Below the pieces are notes generated by a model. It was not told the origin of the DNA, ran no database searches, and saw only the letters and a list, made by a program, of their open reading frames with translations. Below, piece by piece: positions 13,231-27,372 of a stretch of DNA of 64,000 nt (positions are counted from its first letter, which is position 1; each line of letters starts with the position of its first letter). The translations under genes and the position numbers were made by a program. The stretch is from Octopus vulgaris (Eukaryota): contig OX597825.1 of NCBI GenBank assembly GCA_951406725.2, positions 13,950,001 through 14,014,000 of the forward strand, given 5' to 3'.

Positions 13231-13999
13231 AGTAATATCGAACAGCTGTTCATTTACTTTCCAACATTACTCTCTCTCCATTTATTTAGTACAACATTTT
13301 TCTTGCTTATTCTCATTTCTCTGACAATACACTACACTAAACTACCAACACTACACTAATACATAAACAGACTTGCGCTCTGTGTTTTTCCTTTTTTTTG
13401 TCTAACTCTCTTGTGTTTGAGAAACATTTTTTACCTCCTTAATGCCTCATCTTGAATCAAATAATATATTAAGTAGTACCATAATTCATTCTAAGCTTGA
13501 GGCAATAGTAACCATTTTAGTATTCTGAGCATTATTTGACAATTATCTAATACCTTTTAGAATATAATAAAATATTAGTTATGCTTTACTCTGAGCACAT
13601 TAGCGAGAGTATTAATGCAGTTTTAAATGATGTTGCAAAATCATAATGCTACGCATTAAGATGTCTGTGTGTTTATATGTAATGTCTCAGACCACATGTT
13701 GCGTACATAGAAAATAATGTGTGTTTATGTGTAATGTCTCTGACTAAGTGGTACATACGTACAAAATAGAGACACGAGGAATATATAAAAGCAGACATCA
13801 AGGAAATACACACCCTCGTGGTTCAAATTTATCTTAATGAAAATATAAGCTATAATAAGGTGGTCTCTGTGAGTGCATATTGTTATGGTAACTATTGGTA
13901 AGATGTGTCTCCATGAAAGCAGATACAGAAAAAATAAGTGGAATTCTAAACTACAAAATACAAAACAACAAGCCTTGTATATGATATAATTGACTATAT

Positions 14000-14270
14000 T
14001 CATCATCATCATCATCATCATCATTGCTTAACGTCTGTTTTGCATGTTGGCATGAGTTGGATGGTTTGACTGAGATCTGGAGAGGCAGTGGCTGCATCAG
14101 GCTTCAATCTGATCTGGCAATGTTTCTACACTTGGATGCCCTTCCTAATGCCAACCTCTCTGAGAGTGTAGTGGGTGCTTTTTACATGCCACTGGCACAG
14201 GAGCCAGTCAGGTGGGCCTGGAATCGATCATGTTCAGATAGTGCTTCTTATGTGCCGCCAGCATGGGTGC
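14000..14270 (-). mobile_element. Family D element
   Basis: (cat)n + ttaacgtc...catg...tttctacacttggatgcccttcctaatgccaacc...gtagtgggtgcttttta. Confidence 0.85.
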
Positions 14271-14916
14271 CATTTGCGTGATACCAGTATCTTCCACAAC
14301 TGCAATTTCACTCAGCTTGATGGGCCTTCTTCTCAAGCACAGCATAATACCAGAGGTCTTGGTCATTGCTTCTGTGAGGCCCAACACTCAAAAAGAGCTC
14401 ATCCACATTTCTTCCTTAAGGCCCAATACTCAAAATGAACTCAGCCACCTCACCTCCGAAATATATATGAAATGAAATAAATGACAAACGAACAGGAAAT
14501 TATATAACAAACTTCATTGGCTTACAGCAGTTTCTGCTATAAGTTGCAGGTCACTCAGAGCAGGGTGCTAGTGCATCAATTCATAGCTTCCTCAGAGCTT
14601 CAAAATCTTAATGGAATATTAAATCTAAAGAGAATAATATTCACTTGAATAATTCTTGGAAACTACTAAGATATAAACTTAGAAAATAAAAGCATATTCA
14701 AACATATTGTACAACATTTCTTTTGCAATATTTACTGGTGAGAAATCTTAATGCTCTTTTAATTTCTAAAGAGATAAATTATTTTTCACTGTATTTGTAG
14801 TTTTTCATTTCTTAGGTTCAATGTAGGTTTTGTGGGTTTTGTTTCTTTATTAGAAGTGAACTAAAACTCAATATTTATCATTTGCAGCTTTTTTATCTTC
14901 TTTAATTTTTGTATAA

Positions 14917-14967
<51 letters not shown>

Positions 14968-16083
14968 ATCACATATAATGCATATTTACACTCACATTAC
15001 ATACGTGCATGTGTGTATATGTGTGTATGTGTGGGGGTGTTTTTGGACACAGAGAGAGATTTTTTGAGACATTACTGAAAACGAAAAACTCATAAAAAGT
15101 GTAATTATGGTTACATCTTTGATTTCTTTTTTTAAAATTTATTGCACTCATACCCAAACATGCAAACACACACACATCCACACACAGATGCCACATATGC
15201 ATGGAGCCACCCCATTAACTCACTATCTTATTTCTAACATTTCATATGTGTGCGTTTATATATGTGTGTGTGTGTATGTATTTGCATGCGTATGGGCATA
15301 TGTGTGTTTATGTGTGTGTCTATTTGTGTGAGACAAAGACACACACACACACACACATACACACATACCATTTGGTTCATTTAGTTTCTAGCTACCAAAT
15401 TCTAAGTTTTGGACCAGCCTAAGTTTATAGTAAAATACACTTGCCGAAAATGCCTCACAGTTGGACTGAACCTGGAACCATGTGATGGACAGCAAACATC
15501 TAATTACATGAGATAATTTTAAAACAGAATTTTTATCACCAATAAAGGGGCCGGTCACAAGCAGGTTAAACAGTGGAGGGAATAGTGAAAATGAGCCATC
15601 GACATCATGTAACCCCTGTGTTAATAAATGATTTGATATATGGATGTAATGTGTTTTTGCACTTTCTAAAATCATTATGCATTAAATGTGCAGTACTTAA
15701 CCGAAAATGCATGTTAAGAGCATCATTTAAGTGGAACGGCTCTTGATAATTACATTAGGGTATTTATGATGCCTTAGTGAACAGCAAAGAGAATTAAAGA
15801 TGCAAAGTTATTTCATACGGCTTCATAGGAGTTGTGTAGTAATGATCTGATATTGTGATTCACGTCAAACCTTGAGATATTAATTCAATATACGTTTACA
15901 GACTTGTGGTGTTTGTATTCTAAGCTTTGTATTAATTATTCAAATAGTTACACAACTTCAAACATACTCGCAAACACGTCCGCACAAATATATTCATATA
16001 CACTCGTACCTACCACCGCAGTCGTGAAACAGACGCGTTAAACACACCATACATGCTTTATGGCATTATATATATTTATATAC

Positions 16084-16169
<86 letters not shown>

Positions 16170-16289
16170 TATATGTATGTGTGTATATATATATGTATAT
16201 GTATATATATATATTATATATACGTGTGTATATATATATATATGTATATATATGTATATATATGTATATATATGCATATATGTATACAT

Positions 16290-16376
<87 letters not shown>

Positions 16377-16940
16377 GATGGTTAGTTGCATTTCTCACTA
16401 AATCAACAAGCTACAAATGAATACACTTGGATAACTAAATTAACTTGATCAAATGCAATAAATTACTTGACAGTAGCAGAGTGTTAACCATGTGGAATTG
16501 GTTTTGTGATGCAAAAGAGAGTCATGTGTCAGCTACGTCTTTGATCCCTTTCATAGCAATTTTTATTTAACTCAATTAACGAACAGGAAAATGAGGCTTA
16601 ATCATTTTCTGTTAATCTCTGTTGTTCACATAAATTTTCTAAAGTTCATTTACACCTCATATATGGAATGTCTTCTTAGCAGGTGGGAGTAGATTCACGT
16701 CAACGAGTAATAAGTCACGGGAGTTATATCCAGGTAATATTGTCCATAGACAAAGGGATACCACAATGAATGTCATACATCAATGTCCAAGTTCATGACA
16801 GAAATTCATTCCCAGGCATTCCAGGGGATCCCATTTATATCCTCCCCCTGTTTCTTTCATGCACTTTTGACACCGTCCAGTAAGGGACGCCCATAAAACA
16901 TGTAGCGATTCTTAGAATATCACAATCTATTACTATTTGC

Positions 16941-17325
16941 TTACTCTTTACTCTTTACTCTTTTGCTTGTTTCAGTCATTTGACTGTGGCCATGCTGGAG
17001 CACCGCCTTTAGTCAAGCAAATTGACCCCAGGACTTATTCTTTGTAAGGCTAGTACTTATTCCATCGGTCTCTTTTGCCGAACCACTAAGTTACGGGGAC
17101 GTGAACACACCAGCATCGGTCGTTAAGCGATGACGGGGGTACAAACACTGACACACAAACATATACATACATACACATATATATACATATATACGATGGG
17201 CTTCTTTCAGTTTCCGTCTATCAAATCCACTCACAAGGCTTTGGTCGGCCCGAGGCTATAGTAGAAGACACTTGCCCAATGTGCCACACAGTGGGAGTGA
17301 ACCCAGAACCATGTGGTTGGCAAGC
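16941..17325 (-). mobile_element. Family A SINE, near full length
   Basis: (tactctt)n tail, tttcagtcatttgactgtggccatgctggagcac, internal (CA/TA)n, gaagacacttgccca..gtgccac core, head. Confidence 0.9.
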
Positions 17326-17764
17326 TTGTGTAGATCTTGCTTAGATTCTTTTGGTCTTTTCTTTCTTCTTCCATCTACAATACATTCAGTTTTTATTCTG
17401 AAGATAACCGGTTAACTAAATAGTAAGCCAAGTGATATTATACACTGCTCCATAATTACACAAAAAACCTCACAACTTAGACTCATCTATTGACTCTCAA
17501 ACAAATGCTGCATTTATTGATGAAATCAGTTTTGAAATGCAATGAAACCAAATTTTCTAAAACATGGAACAATCCTTGATTTTCTTGAAAAAGATCAGTT
17601 TTAGGAAAGGAGAACCTATTGACGTTTTCAGGAAAAGAATAGGTTGTAAGATTTACAAGCAGTTGGTTTTTTAAACCTGATAGTTTGAGAACTGTGCAAA
17701 AACACATTTAAGAATTATGTTTTCTCCAGTAAATCTGTACTAAAAGCACTGGTGATAGTTTCAC

Positions 17765-18260
17765 ATAAAAAGCACTGGTGCTGGTGCCACATAAAAGGCA
17801 TGAAACACCCCGTACACTCTGGAAAGTTGTTGGTGTTATGAAGGGCTCCCAGCTGTAGAAACCATAACTAAACAGATAATGAAACCTTCAGATTGTCCCA
17901 GCTCCTGTAAAGCTGTCCAACCCATGCCAGCATGGTAAATGGATGTTAAATGTTGATGATGATGAAGTAGACAGAATAATAGCTTTTGGATGGGATCCTG
18001 TGCAGGTGGCACATATAAAGCGCCATTTGAACATGGCTGTTGCCAGTACCGTCTGACTGGCCCTTGTGCCAGTGGCACGTAAAAGCACCCACTACACTCT
18101 CGGAGTGATTGGCGTTAGGAAGTGCATCCAGCTGTAGAAACTCTGGCAGATCAGACTGGAGTCTGGTGCAACCATCTGGTTCGCCAGACCTCAGTCAAAT
18201 CGACCAACCCATGCTAGCTTTGAAAGCGGACGTTAAACGATGATGATGATGATGATGATG
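17765..18260 (+). mobile_element. Two adjacent family D elements
   Basis: Two ...ccagctgtagaaa...ccaacccatgc.agc...gttaaa.(gat)n units ending at ~17965 and ~18260. Confidence 0.85.
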
Positions 18261-18535
18261 AAATTGTTTACATTGTATCTTTTCTGATAATGTTTGTGGC
18301 AGAATAGGGTTTGTGAAATTTGAATATTAAAGGGAGCAAAAATATTGGTTTATAGACTGGTGAAGATTTTGCAGTTATTTCATTTTATATCATTGTCTTT
18401 TTTTTTTTTGTTCATTTGTTTTGCAACACACAGAGATACATAAAACCTGAGTGGCATCTATTTTGGGTTAACACCTTTCCATAGCAACACACCTGACACT
18501 ACCTCTGATTCTATAACATGAAATTCCTATTTCAA

Positions 18536-19057
18536 CCCTTTAGCATTTAAACTGGACATATCTGGCCCAAATATTTTACCTGTTTTATGTTCAAACTGGC
18601 CACATCTGGCCTCTCATACCTAATTGGTGGAGGCACATAGCCTAGTTGTTAGAGCAGTGGACTCGCGGTCGAGGGATTGCGGGTTCGAATCTCAGACTGG
18701 GAGTTTACTGTGTGTTTATGAGCGAAACACCTAAGCTCCGCGCGGCTCCAGCAGAAGGTAATGGCGAACTTCTGCTGACTCTTTCACCACAACTTTCTCT
18801 TACTCTTTCCTCCGGCATCTCGCAGCTCACCTGCGACGGACCGGCATCCCATCCTGGTGGGTAACCTACATGCCAAGGAAACCAGGAAACCGGCCCTTAT
18901 GAGCCAGGCATGGCTCGAGAAGAAACAAACAAACTCATACCTACCCTACAATATTATTCTAAAAATAAGCAATAACATTGAGATAATCCATGATTAATGC
19001 AAAATAGTGTGAATGAATAAGCATTACATTTGACAGAATTATCTGAATGCTAAGAGG
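18536..19057. mobile_element. piggyBac-type MITE carrying a nested family C SINE
   Basis: Termini (tcaa)ccctttagcattt / gaatgctaagagg(ttaa); body matches 53277-53497 in reverse. Confidence 0.75.
18627..18933 (+). mobile_element. Family C SINE (tRNA-Arg-like head, V-like domain), full length
   Basis: A box tagcctagttg, anticodon-like ggactcgcggtc, B box ggttcgaatct, cctgcgacggaccggcatcccatcc domain, (aaac)n tail; 10-bp TSD ctcataccta at 18613-18622 and 18934-18943. Confidence 0.92.
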
Positions 19058-19324
19058 TTAAATTTATATCTTAATCTTCCGTCAACATTTCTTATTAATT
19101 TATGGTCCAGTGACGAGCTTGATAATGATAAATTTGTTTCAATGAATTTTTTAGTATTTTCAAAATTAAGTGAAACACAGTCAGTGTATTTCAGTGGAGA
19201 TGTAGAAGAAAAGAATAGAATCAAGCAGACTGAAGAATGTTTTAGTATCATAACAATGCAGACAAGAAGTTCTGTATCTTATTTGTATTGTTTCTGTGCA
19301 TCAACAGCGAAAACAGTTTTGAAA

Positions 19325-20045
19325 GCGGTGAGCTGGTAGAAACATTAGCATGGTGGGCAAAATGCTTAGCAGTATTTCGTCTGCCACCGTGTTATGAGTT
19401 CAAATCCTCCCAAGGTCAACTTTGCCTTTCATCCTTTCTGGGTCGATAAATTAACTACCAGTTGCATACTGGGATCGATCTAATCGACTGGCCCCTTTCC
19501 AAAGATTTGGGGCCTTGTGCCTAGAGTAGAAAAGTATAAGGAGAACAATTTTGAGGGCAGCGAACTGGCAGAAACGTTCGCACGCTGGGTGAGATGCTTA
19601 GCAGTATTTATTTCGTCTGCTGCTGTGTTCTGAGTTCAAATTCTGCCAAGGTCGACTTTGCCTTTCATCCTTTCAGGGTCGATTATTTAAGTACCAGTTA
19701 CGCACTGGGTTTGATGTAATTGACTTAATCCCTCTGTCTGTCCTTGTTTATCCCCTCTATGTTTCGCCCCTTGTGGGCAATAAAGAAATAAGAAATGATA
19801 GCACGTTGGGTGAAATGCTTAGCGGTATTTCGTCTGTCTTTATGTTCCGAGTTCAAATTCTGCTGAGGTTGACTTTGCCTTTCATCCTTTGGGGTCAATA
19901 AATTAAGTACCAGTTGCATACTGGTACTAAAAGGATGAAAGGCAAAGTCAATCTCGGTGGAATTTGAACTCAGAACGTAAAGACAGACGAAATACTGCTA
20001 AGCATTTTGCCCGGTGCACTAACTATTCTGCCAGCTTGCTACCTT
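19325..20045. mobile_element. Cluster of four family B SINEs (+,+,+,-)
   Basis: Meta-like core at ~19395, 19630 and 19850 (+) and 19930-19980 (-). Confidence 0.88.
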
Positions 20046-20840
20046 ACCTTGCCACATATATATCTATGTGTGTGTATGTCTGAGTATGCATTTGTCTCCC
20101 GGCACCGCTTCACAGCCAGTCTTAGTGTGTTTATATCACCATAACTTAGCAGTTTGACCGATAGAATAAGAGCCAGGCTAAAAAAAGAAATAATGGAATC
20201 AATTCATTCATTCATTCAACTTTCCTCAAGGCAATGCCCCAGCATGGCCGTGGTTAAATGACTGAAACAGGTAAAAGATAACAGACAAGAATAAATGAAA
20301 CAGAGAGTCTTGTTTAAATACATGTGACTGTTTGAAGTCTGATCTGGTGGATGTTAATACAAACATATCCAGCATTCTGTAAAACAGTTAAAAGAGATAA
20401 CTATGAGCGATAGGTTTTGTGATGTATATTACTTCAGAAAGATTAGTGGTTTTGTGATACTGATTGGAGAGAAGATTAGCATATTCTGTAAATTTTTTTG
20501 TTTGTTTTTTTTAATCTTTGGCTGGTCTTTTTTTTTATGTAATTTCTGTTTCTTTTACTTTTATGCTTCCTGGCTTTTGGTTTCAGTCCTGAGAAATACT
20601 CGTTTTGTGGTTGATTTACTAGATTTTAACAGATAGTTTGTCTGTGAGTTGGGGGTGGAATTCAGTAGTAAATTCTTAAATGCAGGCAAAATAACCTTAT
20701 AGAAGAAAGTAAAACAGTGTAGGTCTATTACTAAATTAGTGGTGAGTTTCTCTGTCTTTCTCTCAAAATGATCTTGTCTTTTGCATTGAAAAGAGGCCTT
20801 CAAAAATGTTAGAATAAGCAGGTAGATATATAATAACGAT

Positions 20841-20842
<2 letters not shown>

Positions 20843-20874
<32 letters not shown>

Positions 20875-21060
20875 GTTTAACGTCCGCTTTCCATGCTAGC
20901 ATGGGTTGGACGGTTCAACTGGGGTCTGGGAAGCCAGAAGGCTTCACCAGGCCCAGTCAGATCTGGCAGTGTTTCTACAGCTGGATGCCCTTCCTAACGC
21001 CAACCACTCCGTGAGTGTAGTGGGTGCTTTTTATGTGCCACCGCTTTTTTATGTGCCACC
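20843..21060 (-). mobile_element. Family D element, low divergence
   Basis: (cat)n cgtttaacgtccgctttccatgctagcatgggttggacgg...ctggatgcccttcctaacgccaacc. Confidence 0.9.
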
Positions 21061-21061
21061 A

Positions 21062-21311
<250 letters not shown>

Positions 21312-21497
21312 CTCGAGAAGTACATGGAACAAACAGGGGCTGCAATAGGGGTGAAGCACTTGCAGAAAACAGCACTGCTTGGAACCGCTCGAATACTCCG
21401 GGAGGTGGTTGAAAAATAAGGGCTGTTACCTTAGTTCACTGGTAGCGAACAGCTGACACGGTAGTACATCTCCAGTATTAGAAGCTGTACAAAGGCA
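21312..21497 (+). mobile_element. 5'-truncated R4/Dong-clade non-LTR retrotransposon (ORF C-terminus + 3' UTR)
   Basis: Translates LEKYMEQTGAAIGVKHLQKTALLGTARILREVVEK* (stop 21417-21419), matching the LQK..LLGTARILR.V terminal motif of RLE-encoding R4/Dong elements; (AAT)n on both sides. Confidence 0.85.
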
Positions 21498-21526
21498 ATG
21501 ATAATAATAATAATAATAATTATAAT

Positions 21527-21567
<41 letters not shown>

Positions 21568-21569
21568 TA

Positions 21570-22020
21570 ATCCCTTCTTTATTGGCCACAAGGGCCAAAC
21601 ATAAAAAAAACATATAGGGACAATATGAAAACAAGGGACATGTGTAGTTTAAAACAAGGCATGTAAACAATAAAAAACAAAAACAGTTATCAAAAAATTC
21701 TAACAATAAAACTTTCCAATAGGAAGGAGTTCCACCCAGGGTCAACCAGGGTACCCTACACCTCCTGGTCATCCCAACTGCCAAGGGTAATAAAATGCTC
21801 TATCAGGGGCAATGAAGGTTTTGAGATTATAGTTTGGCCACAGGAGCAAGTAAGATTGAGAGCTCTGAGAAGTAAAATATAGTGGTAGCAATACTCCTGT
21901 GTTTTTCTCTCTCACAACATATAAATGAGAAAGGAAGGGGTGATAGATGAATAAGGGAGGAAGGGGTGATGGCAAACTTGGTAGTGGGATGATGGAAGTT
22001 CTACGGTGAAGAGAAAACTC
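21570..22020 (-). mobile_element. Probable LINE 3' UTR fragment
   Basis: Minus strand ends atgtttggcccttgtggccaataaagaagggat followed by (ATT)n; resembles the family B tail; no ORF recognised. Confidence 0.45.
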
Positions 22021-23064
22021 AAACAGCGTTTCAACTCTGTGTGAGTGTATGTTAAAGGGAGGTATGGGAATGTTTGTGTGTGTGTATGTATGTGTGTGTG
22101 AGTGTGTGTGTGTTTGAGTGTGTAAGCATGTGGCTTAATGGTTAGGTGTTAATCTCATGTTCATAAGATTGTGGTTTCAATTCCTAGACCGGGTGTGTGT
22201 GTGTATTTGTGTGTGTATGTGTGTGTCTGTGCATGTGCATGTGTGTGTGCATGTGTGTGTACATGTGCATATGTATCTGTGTGTATTTATGTATTATTTG
22301 GCTACATGTGCACAAGTACGTATCATCATTTTCATCACTATATGTTTTACATCTGCTTTCCAAGCCAGTATGGGTTAGACAGGTAGTTACTGCACTCCGA
22401 GATGGGTTGGACAGTCACATCTTACTCATAAGATTTATTTAGGGCTTGACCTCTTTGTCTGGATGTTCTTCCTAACACCAACCACTCTACAGAAAATACT
22501 AGGTGTACTTGTATGAAGTACAAATCTCAGAGCCGCTGATAAATTTTAGAGATCATCAATTTTGTCCAGACATAAAAACAATGTTTGGATATCTTTCTGA
22601 AATAATTTTGAAATTATTGTTATAAAAATACATAAACTTAAGCGAGGAATTGGAAAACCTTTTTCCAAAAGCATGAATTTAATTTATCTAATGCAAATTT
22701 GCGTTTAGCAGAAAAATTCCAAAATAGATTCATAACAAGCAATTTTTGATATTTATATTTATGGTTTAGAGTTTGTATGTTTGTTTTTGTTTTTCTTTGT
22801 TAATTTTTTTTTCTCATTTTTGTACACACGTTTTGCATTTAATAAAGATACATATGGTCTTTGAACAATCCTAGCTTATTAATAAATTAATTGTTTTATC
22901 ATTCATTTTTAATTATTAAATGTTTATTCCGTATGAATGTCACTATGACATCAAGTTTACTTTCGTTGTTTCTTTTTACGTATTCTAAATATATGCCTGG
23001 GGTGGGGGAATGGGTGGTTAATCCTTTGGAATGTAACTCCCCATAAAAATTTAAATCTTCTGTT

Positions 23065-23415
23065 GTCATCGTCATCATCATCATCACTTCTCCTTGCTGA
23101 TGCGGTTTCGATGGTCTCACAAGAGTTGGCAAGCCAGAGAGCCTCACCAGACTCCATCTCTCTGTTTCATCAGGGTTTCTATGGTTGGATACCCTTCCTA
23201 ACTTCAACCACTTTACAAAGCCTGCTGGGTGCATTTCCCGTGGCACCAGCGCAGGTGCAGCTTTACATGGCACCAGCGCAGGTGCAGCTTTATGTGGCAC
23301 CAATACAGTTACTTTTATTTTTTTCACGGCAAGACGTATGGATATTTTTTGATGTGGCACCAAGAGGGAGCAATTTACATGGTACCAGCAAGGGTGTTCT
23401 TTAAGTGGTACCAAC
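23065..23415 (-). mobile_element. Diverged family D element with internal ~26-bp tandem unit
   Basis: (cat)n, ggatacccttcctaact, repeated tggcaccagcgcaggtgcagcttt. Confidence 0.7.
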
Positions 23416-25559
23416 ACAGGGCTTTATATACGGCACTATATATATATATAGACACCCACATGCCCATACAAGGTTGTCCCAAAAATAATGCCAAAGTGGA
23501 CATACCATTTTAATTAATTGACACAGGTCAGTCAAATTTCACACGTTGGTAGAGTAACTCTTCTTGTTTTTCTTCATTACTAACAAATACAGAACCTGAA
23601 ACAAAAGCAACATGCCATCATTAATTTCTTGATGGAGGCTGGCTTTACATGCCACTAAAGAATTTCCCTACCTTGTTAAGTGTGTCTTTGTGTGGTGCAC
23701 GCATGTTTCTGTATTTTATGTTCGTCTCTCATCATCATTAATATTTTACATTTGCTTTTCATGCAGGCATGAGTCAGATGGATTATCACAGTTAGTACAT
23801 ATTCAGGATTATTGATTAATCCAATACATTTCAGTTTGGCTTGGTTTCTATGACTTGATGCTCTTCTTTCCCATCACCAACCACTTTACAGTCTACTGGT
23901 TGCATTTGGGAGGGAAATCAGCATATTTAGATAGGTGTCGTCTCCTTAACAAAACTAAAGGGTTCTCTTGCTTTTGCACTTTACAAAGTGTAATTTGTCA
24001 TGACACTGGCACAAGACAGGGGATTATGTCTTTAATGCATTAAGAAGGACTTCGCGATTCTTTATGTCTGCTTGTTTGTCAGGCCTTTTAAAGGTGGGAA
24101 GCAAACGTGTTATAAGGGATGACTAATGGAGTGTGAGCTAGGGGCCACTTAGTGTTCTGAGATATGTGCATAGAGATATTCAGGACAGCATGTGTGTGTG
24201 TGGGTCTACCTATCTATACACACACACATATATGTTTGTGTGTGTGTGTGTATCTGTGCGTGTGTGTGTGTGTGTGTGTGTATATACACATACATATATA
24301 TATCTGCATATATATATATATGTATATACATATAAATATTCAAAAATGCATGGAATTATTATTGGATATATATGTGTTTACAAGCATTTGTTTATATATG
24401 TGTGTGTGTATGAGAGAGAGAGAGAGAGAGAGAATGTAAGTGCGTGTGTGTGTGCATACATGTGTGTGTCAGTGAGTTGGCAAAAAGAGACGGAGAGAAA
24501 ACCAGACTGAAGCTGAGTGCTAACTAGCATCTATTGATTTTCAGAACTTTCCGTTTTTATGCAGTGCTAGGGTTAATTTTACAGATCATAAGTTTTATCC
24601 TGTATCTAGGTCAGATCCACAAATTTCTCTGCAATGTAATATTCTCTGCAAATGCAGCTCTTACTCTGCTGTCTTTATCCACCTCTTACCTCTAAAATAT
24701 AAAATATTCCAGTTGCTAAAATAGACAACACAAAGCCCTCTGCATTTGTTTCTCCAAGAATTTCTGGATATTTCTTTAAATGACAGGGTCTACTTCTATG
24801 TTTGGTCTTTAACTTAAATTCAGTAATCATCTGAGACTTACAACCACCTACTTTTCCTTACCTTAAATAATATAAACTGTTACGTTTTTATTTTTTTCAT
24901 ATAAAACTTTGGCTGTGATTTATTTGAAAACTAATTAAAATTAATTTCAGAATTTTAGTGGTATGTTTAGAATTTTCAATTCAGCATCATTTTTTTTTTT
25001 CTCACATTGTTTTCATCTGTGGCACTAAAATTTACATCAAAAATGGTTGTCAAAGACTAAATTATAGACATAAATATCCCAGTGGGACTTATGTGTTAGT
25101 ATTTCATGAATGTAATGAATTAAAATTATTAAAATTATTAAAATTATATTTGTTATAGTATCTTCTTAGCTTTGGTCTGAACAAACAAAGTTGTACTACA
25201 TTTATATAATTTTTCGCTACCTTCTAATAAAATTTATTAAAATTTATAAAATGTATAAATGTGAAAGTAAAAAAAAATTACAAACGGATTAACATAATCG
25301 GTAGTCACCATAAAAGACACTATCGTTCCCTACGTCAATTTAGAAATGATTTTAATAATGGTAAAATTGTAAATATTGTTTTGATTGAAAGTAAAAATAC
25401 ATCTGGATTTGAAAGCAAATGAAAATACAGAAAAACCAAATAATCACCTGTTTTGACAATAACGACAATGATGATGATTATGATGATGATGATGATGATA
25501 GTAACAACAACAACAACAATAATAATGATAATAGCAATAATGATAATATTAATAATGAC

Positions 25560-25621
<62 letters not shown>

Positions 25622-25639
25622 TAATAATAATAATAATTA

Positions 25640-25688
25640 CCAAGCTGCACTTGGTAGTGAAGTGAAAGCACGATACTAAAAAAAAACA

Positions 25689-25692
<4 letters not shown>
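25640..25692 (+). mobile_element. Short unique insert within (AAT)n, probable 3' tip of a TAA-targeting retroelement
   Basis: caagctgcacttggtagtgaagtgaaagcacgatac... bounded by AAT arrays. Confidence 0.45.
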
Positions 25693-25732
<40 letters not shown>

Positions 25733-27000
25733 TAATAATAATAATAATATCAATGTCTCATGGAAATTAAATATTGCATCAACTGTGATGACTGATTGAT
25801 ACGGTGTCACATTAAAAAAATAATTAACTATGATAATGGTTTGGCATTTAATTTTGATTGAAAGACCTATGGAAATAGAATTTTCATTTTGGTGTTTTGA
25901 AAATTCATATGATAACTTCTAACTTAAATATTATTCCATCACTTTTGTTCCCGACATTATGAGAAATTGAAAAGTTTGAGAGACTTGGAATAATTTGTAT
26001 TTAATGGTGGAACTTAAAATAGATAAAGCTATGAAGAATAGAATACAAATATATTGGGTCAAAAAAAATCCTTTGGAAATGTTAAAGTTGAAGGCTTTTT
26101 TTTTTACTTCGAGTTCCACTGTTAAAACAAATTACTTGTGTTCATATTTTCAAAGAATTCTGAAGAATAATGTTTATGGATAAGTGAAGTCAATCTAAAG
26201 TGAAAATATTGGATGTTTTATGTAGCATAAATTCTATTGTAATAACCACAATTCCTTCTTGGTTACCATATTTGAGAATAAATTATTTTCTTTGACAGTT
26301 TCCTCACGACGAAACTAAATAATTCATTTTGCTTAGTCTTACACCTTACTTTGGTTAGCTATAATATTCTTCTCTATGTCTACCAAATACACACAACTGC
26401 GGACACACAGACACACGCACATACAAGTACATACACACAAATATATATAAATATATTTTTGCATACTTTTTAAACAGATTCGTTACAACAGGTTGATTCA
26501 CTTTATTAATTACTGAAAGTAACCCTGTTTTAATTTATTTTGTTTCTGATATATATTTGTGCCTGAATTTTATGCATTCCTTTCTTGATGAACTATCACT
26601 CTTAATTAAAAACATATATCAAAATATTATTTAAATTATTTTTTTTTTATTTATAACTAACTTCAATCTGAAATATATATCTACGTTATATTGATGTATT
26701 CGTGATTACATTAATGTGCACTCACATGTATATTTACAAACTCCATGTATTTAAGCAATCTTTTACATGTGTTTGTGAGAGAAACCAAACATTTTAATAT
26801 CCTGAGTTCAAGCATTGTCTGTAATTTTATTCTGGATTAAAATTTGAGTAGAAGCTATGGTACAATGTGACATACATTTATGAATATATATATCTAAATG
26901 TGTGTTTATTCAGTACCATCTTTGTATGTATATATTTCTCATGAATACATGAATATTTAAATGGTTTGTTATATATATATATATGTATATCTGTATATTA

Positions 27001-27059
<59 letters not shown>

Positions 27060-27331
27060 CATGTATATGTATGCATATATATGTGAATGTATATGTATCC
27101 ATATGTATGTATGTGTATGTATATATACATATGTAAATGTGTGTATATGTATATATTATATATGTATGTATGTATATGTATATATGTATGCATGTATATG
27201 TGTATATATGCATATATATGCATTATATATATATATATAGATATAGGTATATATGTATATATATATATTTATTTATATATGTACATATATCTATATATGC
27301 ATGTGCATGCATGTATATAAATGTGTATATG

Positions 27332-27372
<41 letters not shown>

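Noticed and set aside
18627-18700. tRNA gene calls for the SINE heads (also 32290, 34960, 42835, 48301)
   Set aside because: A/B boxes are present but there is no intact acceptor stem, and each continues into a repeat body.
22899-23417. 172-aa minus-strand ORF with repeated AAPALVP
   Set aside because: Read-through of a family D element and its internal tandem unit.
23468-23560. Tc1/mariner-like terminus tacaaggttgtcccaaaa
   Set aside because: No matching second TIR found.
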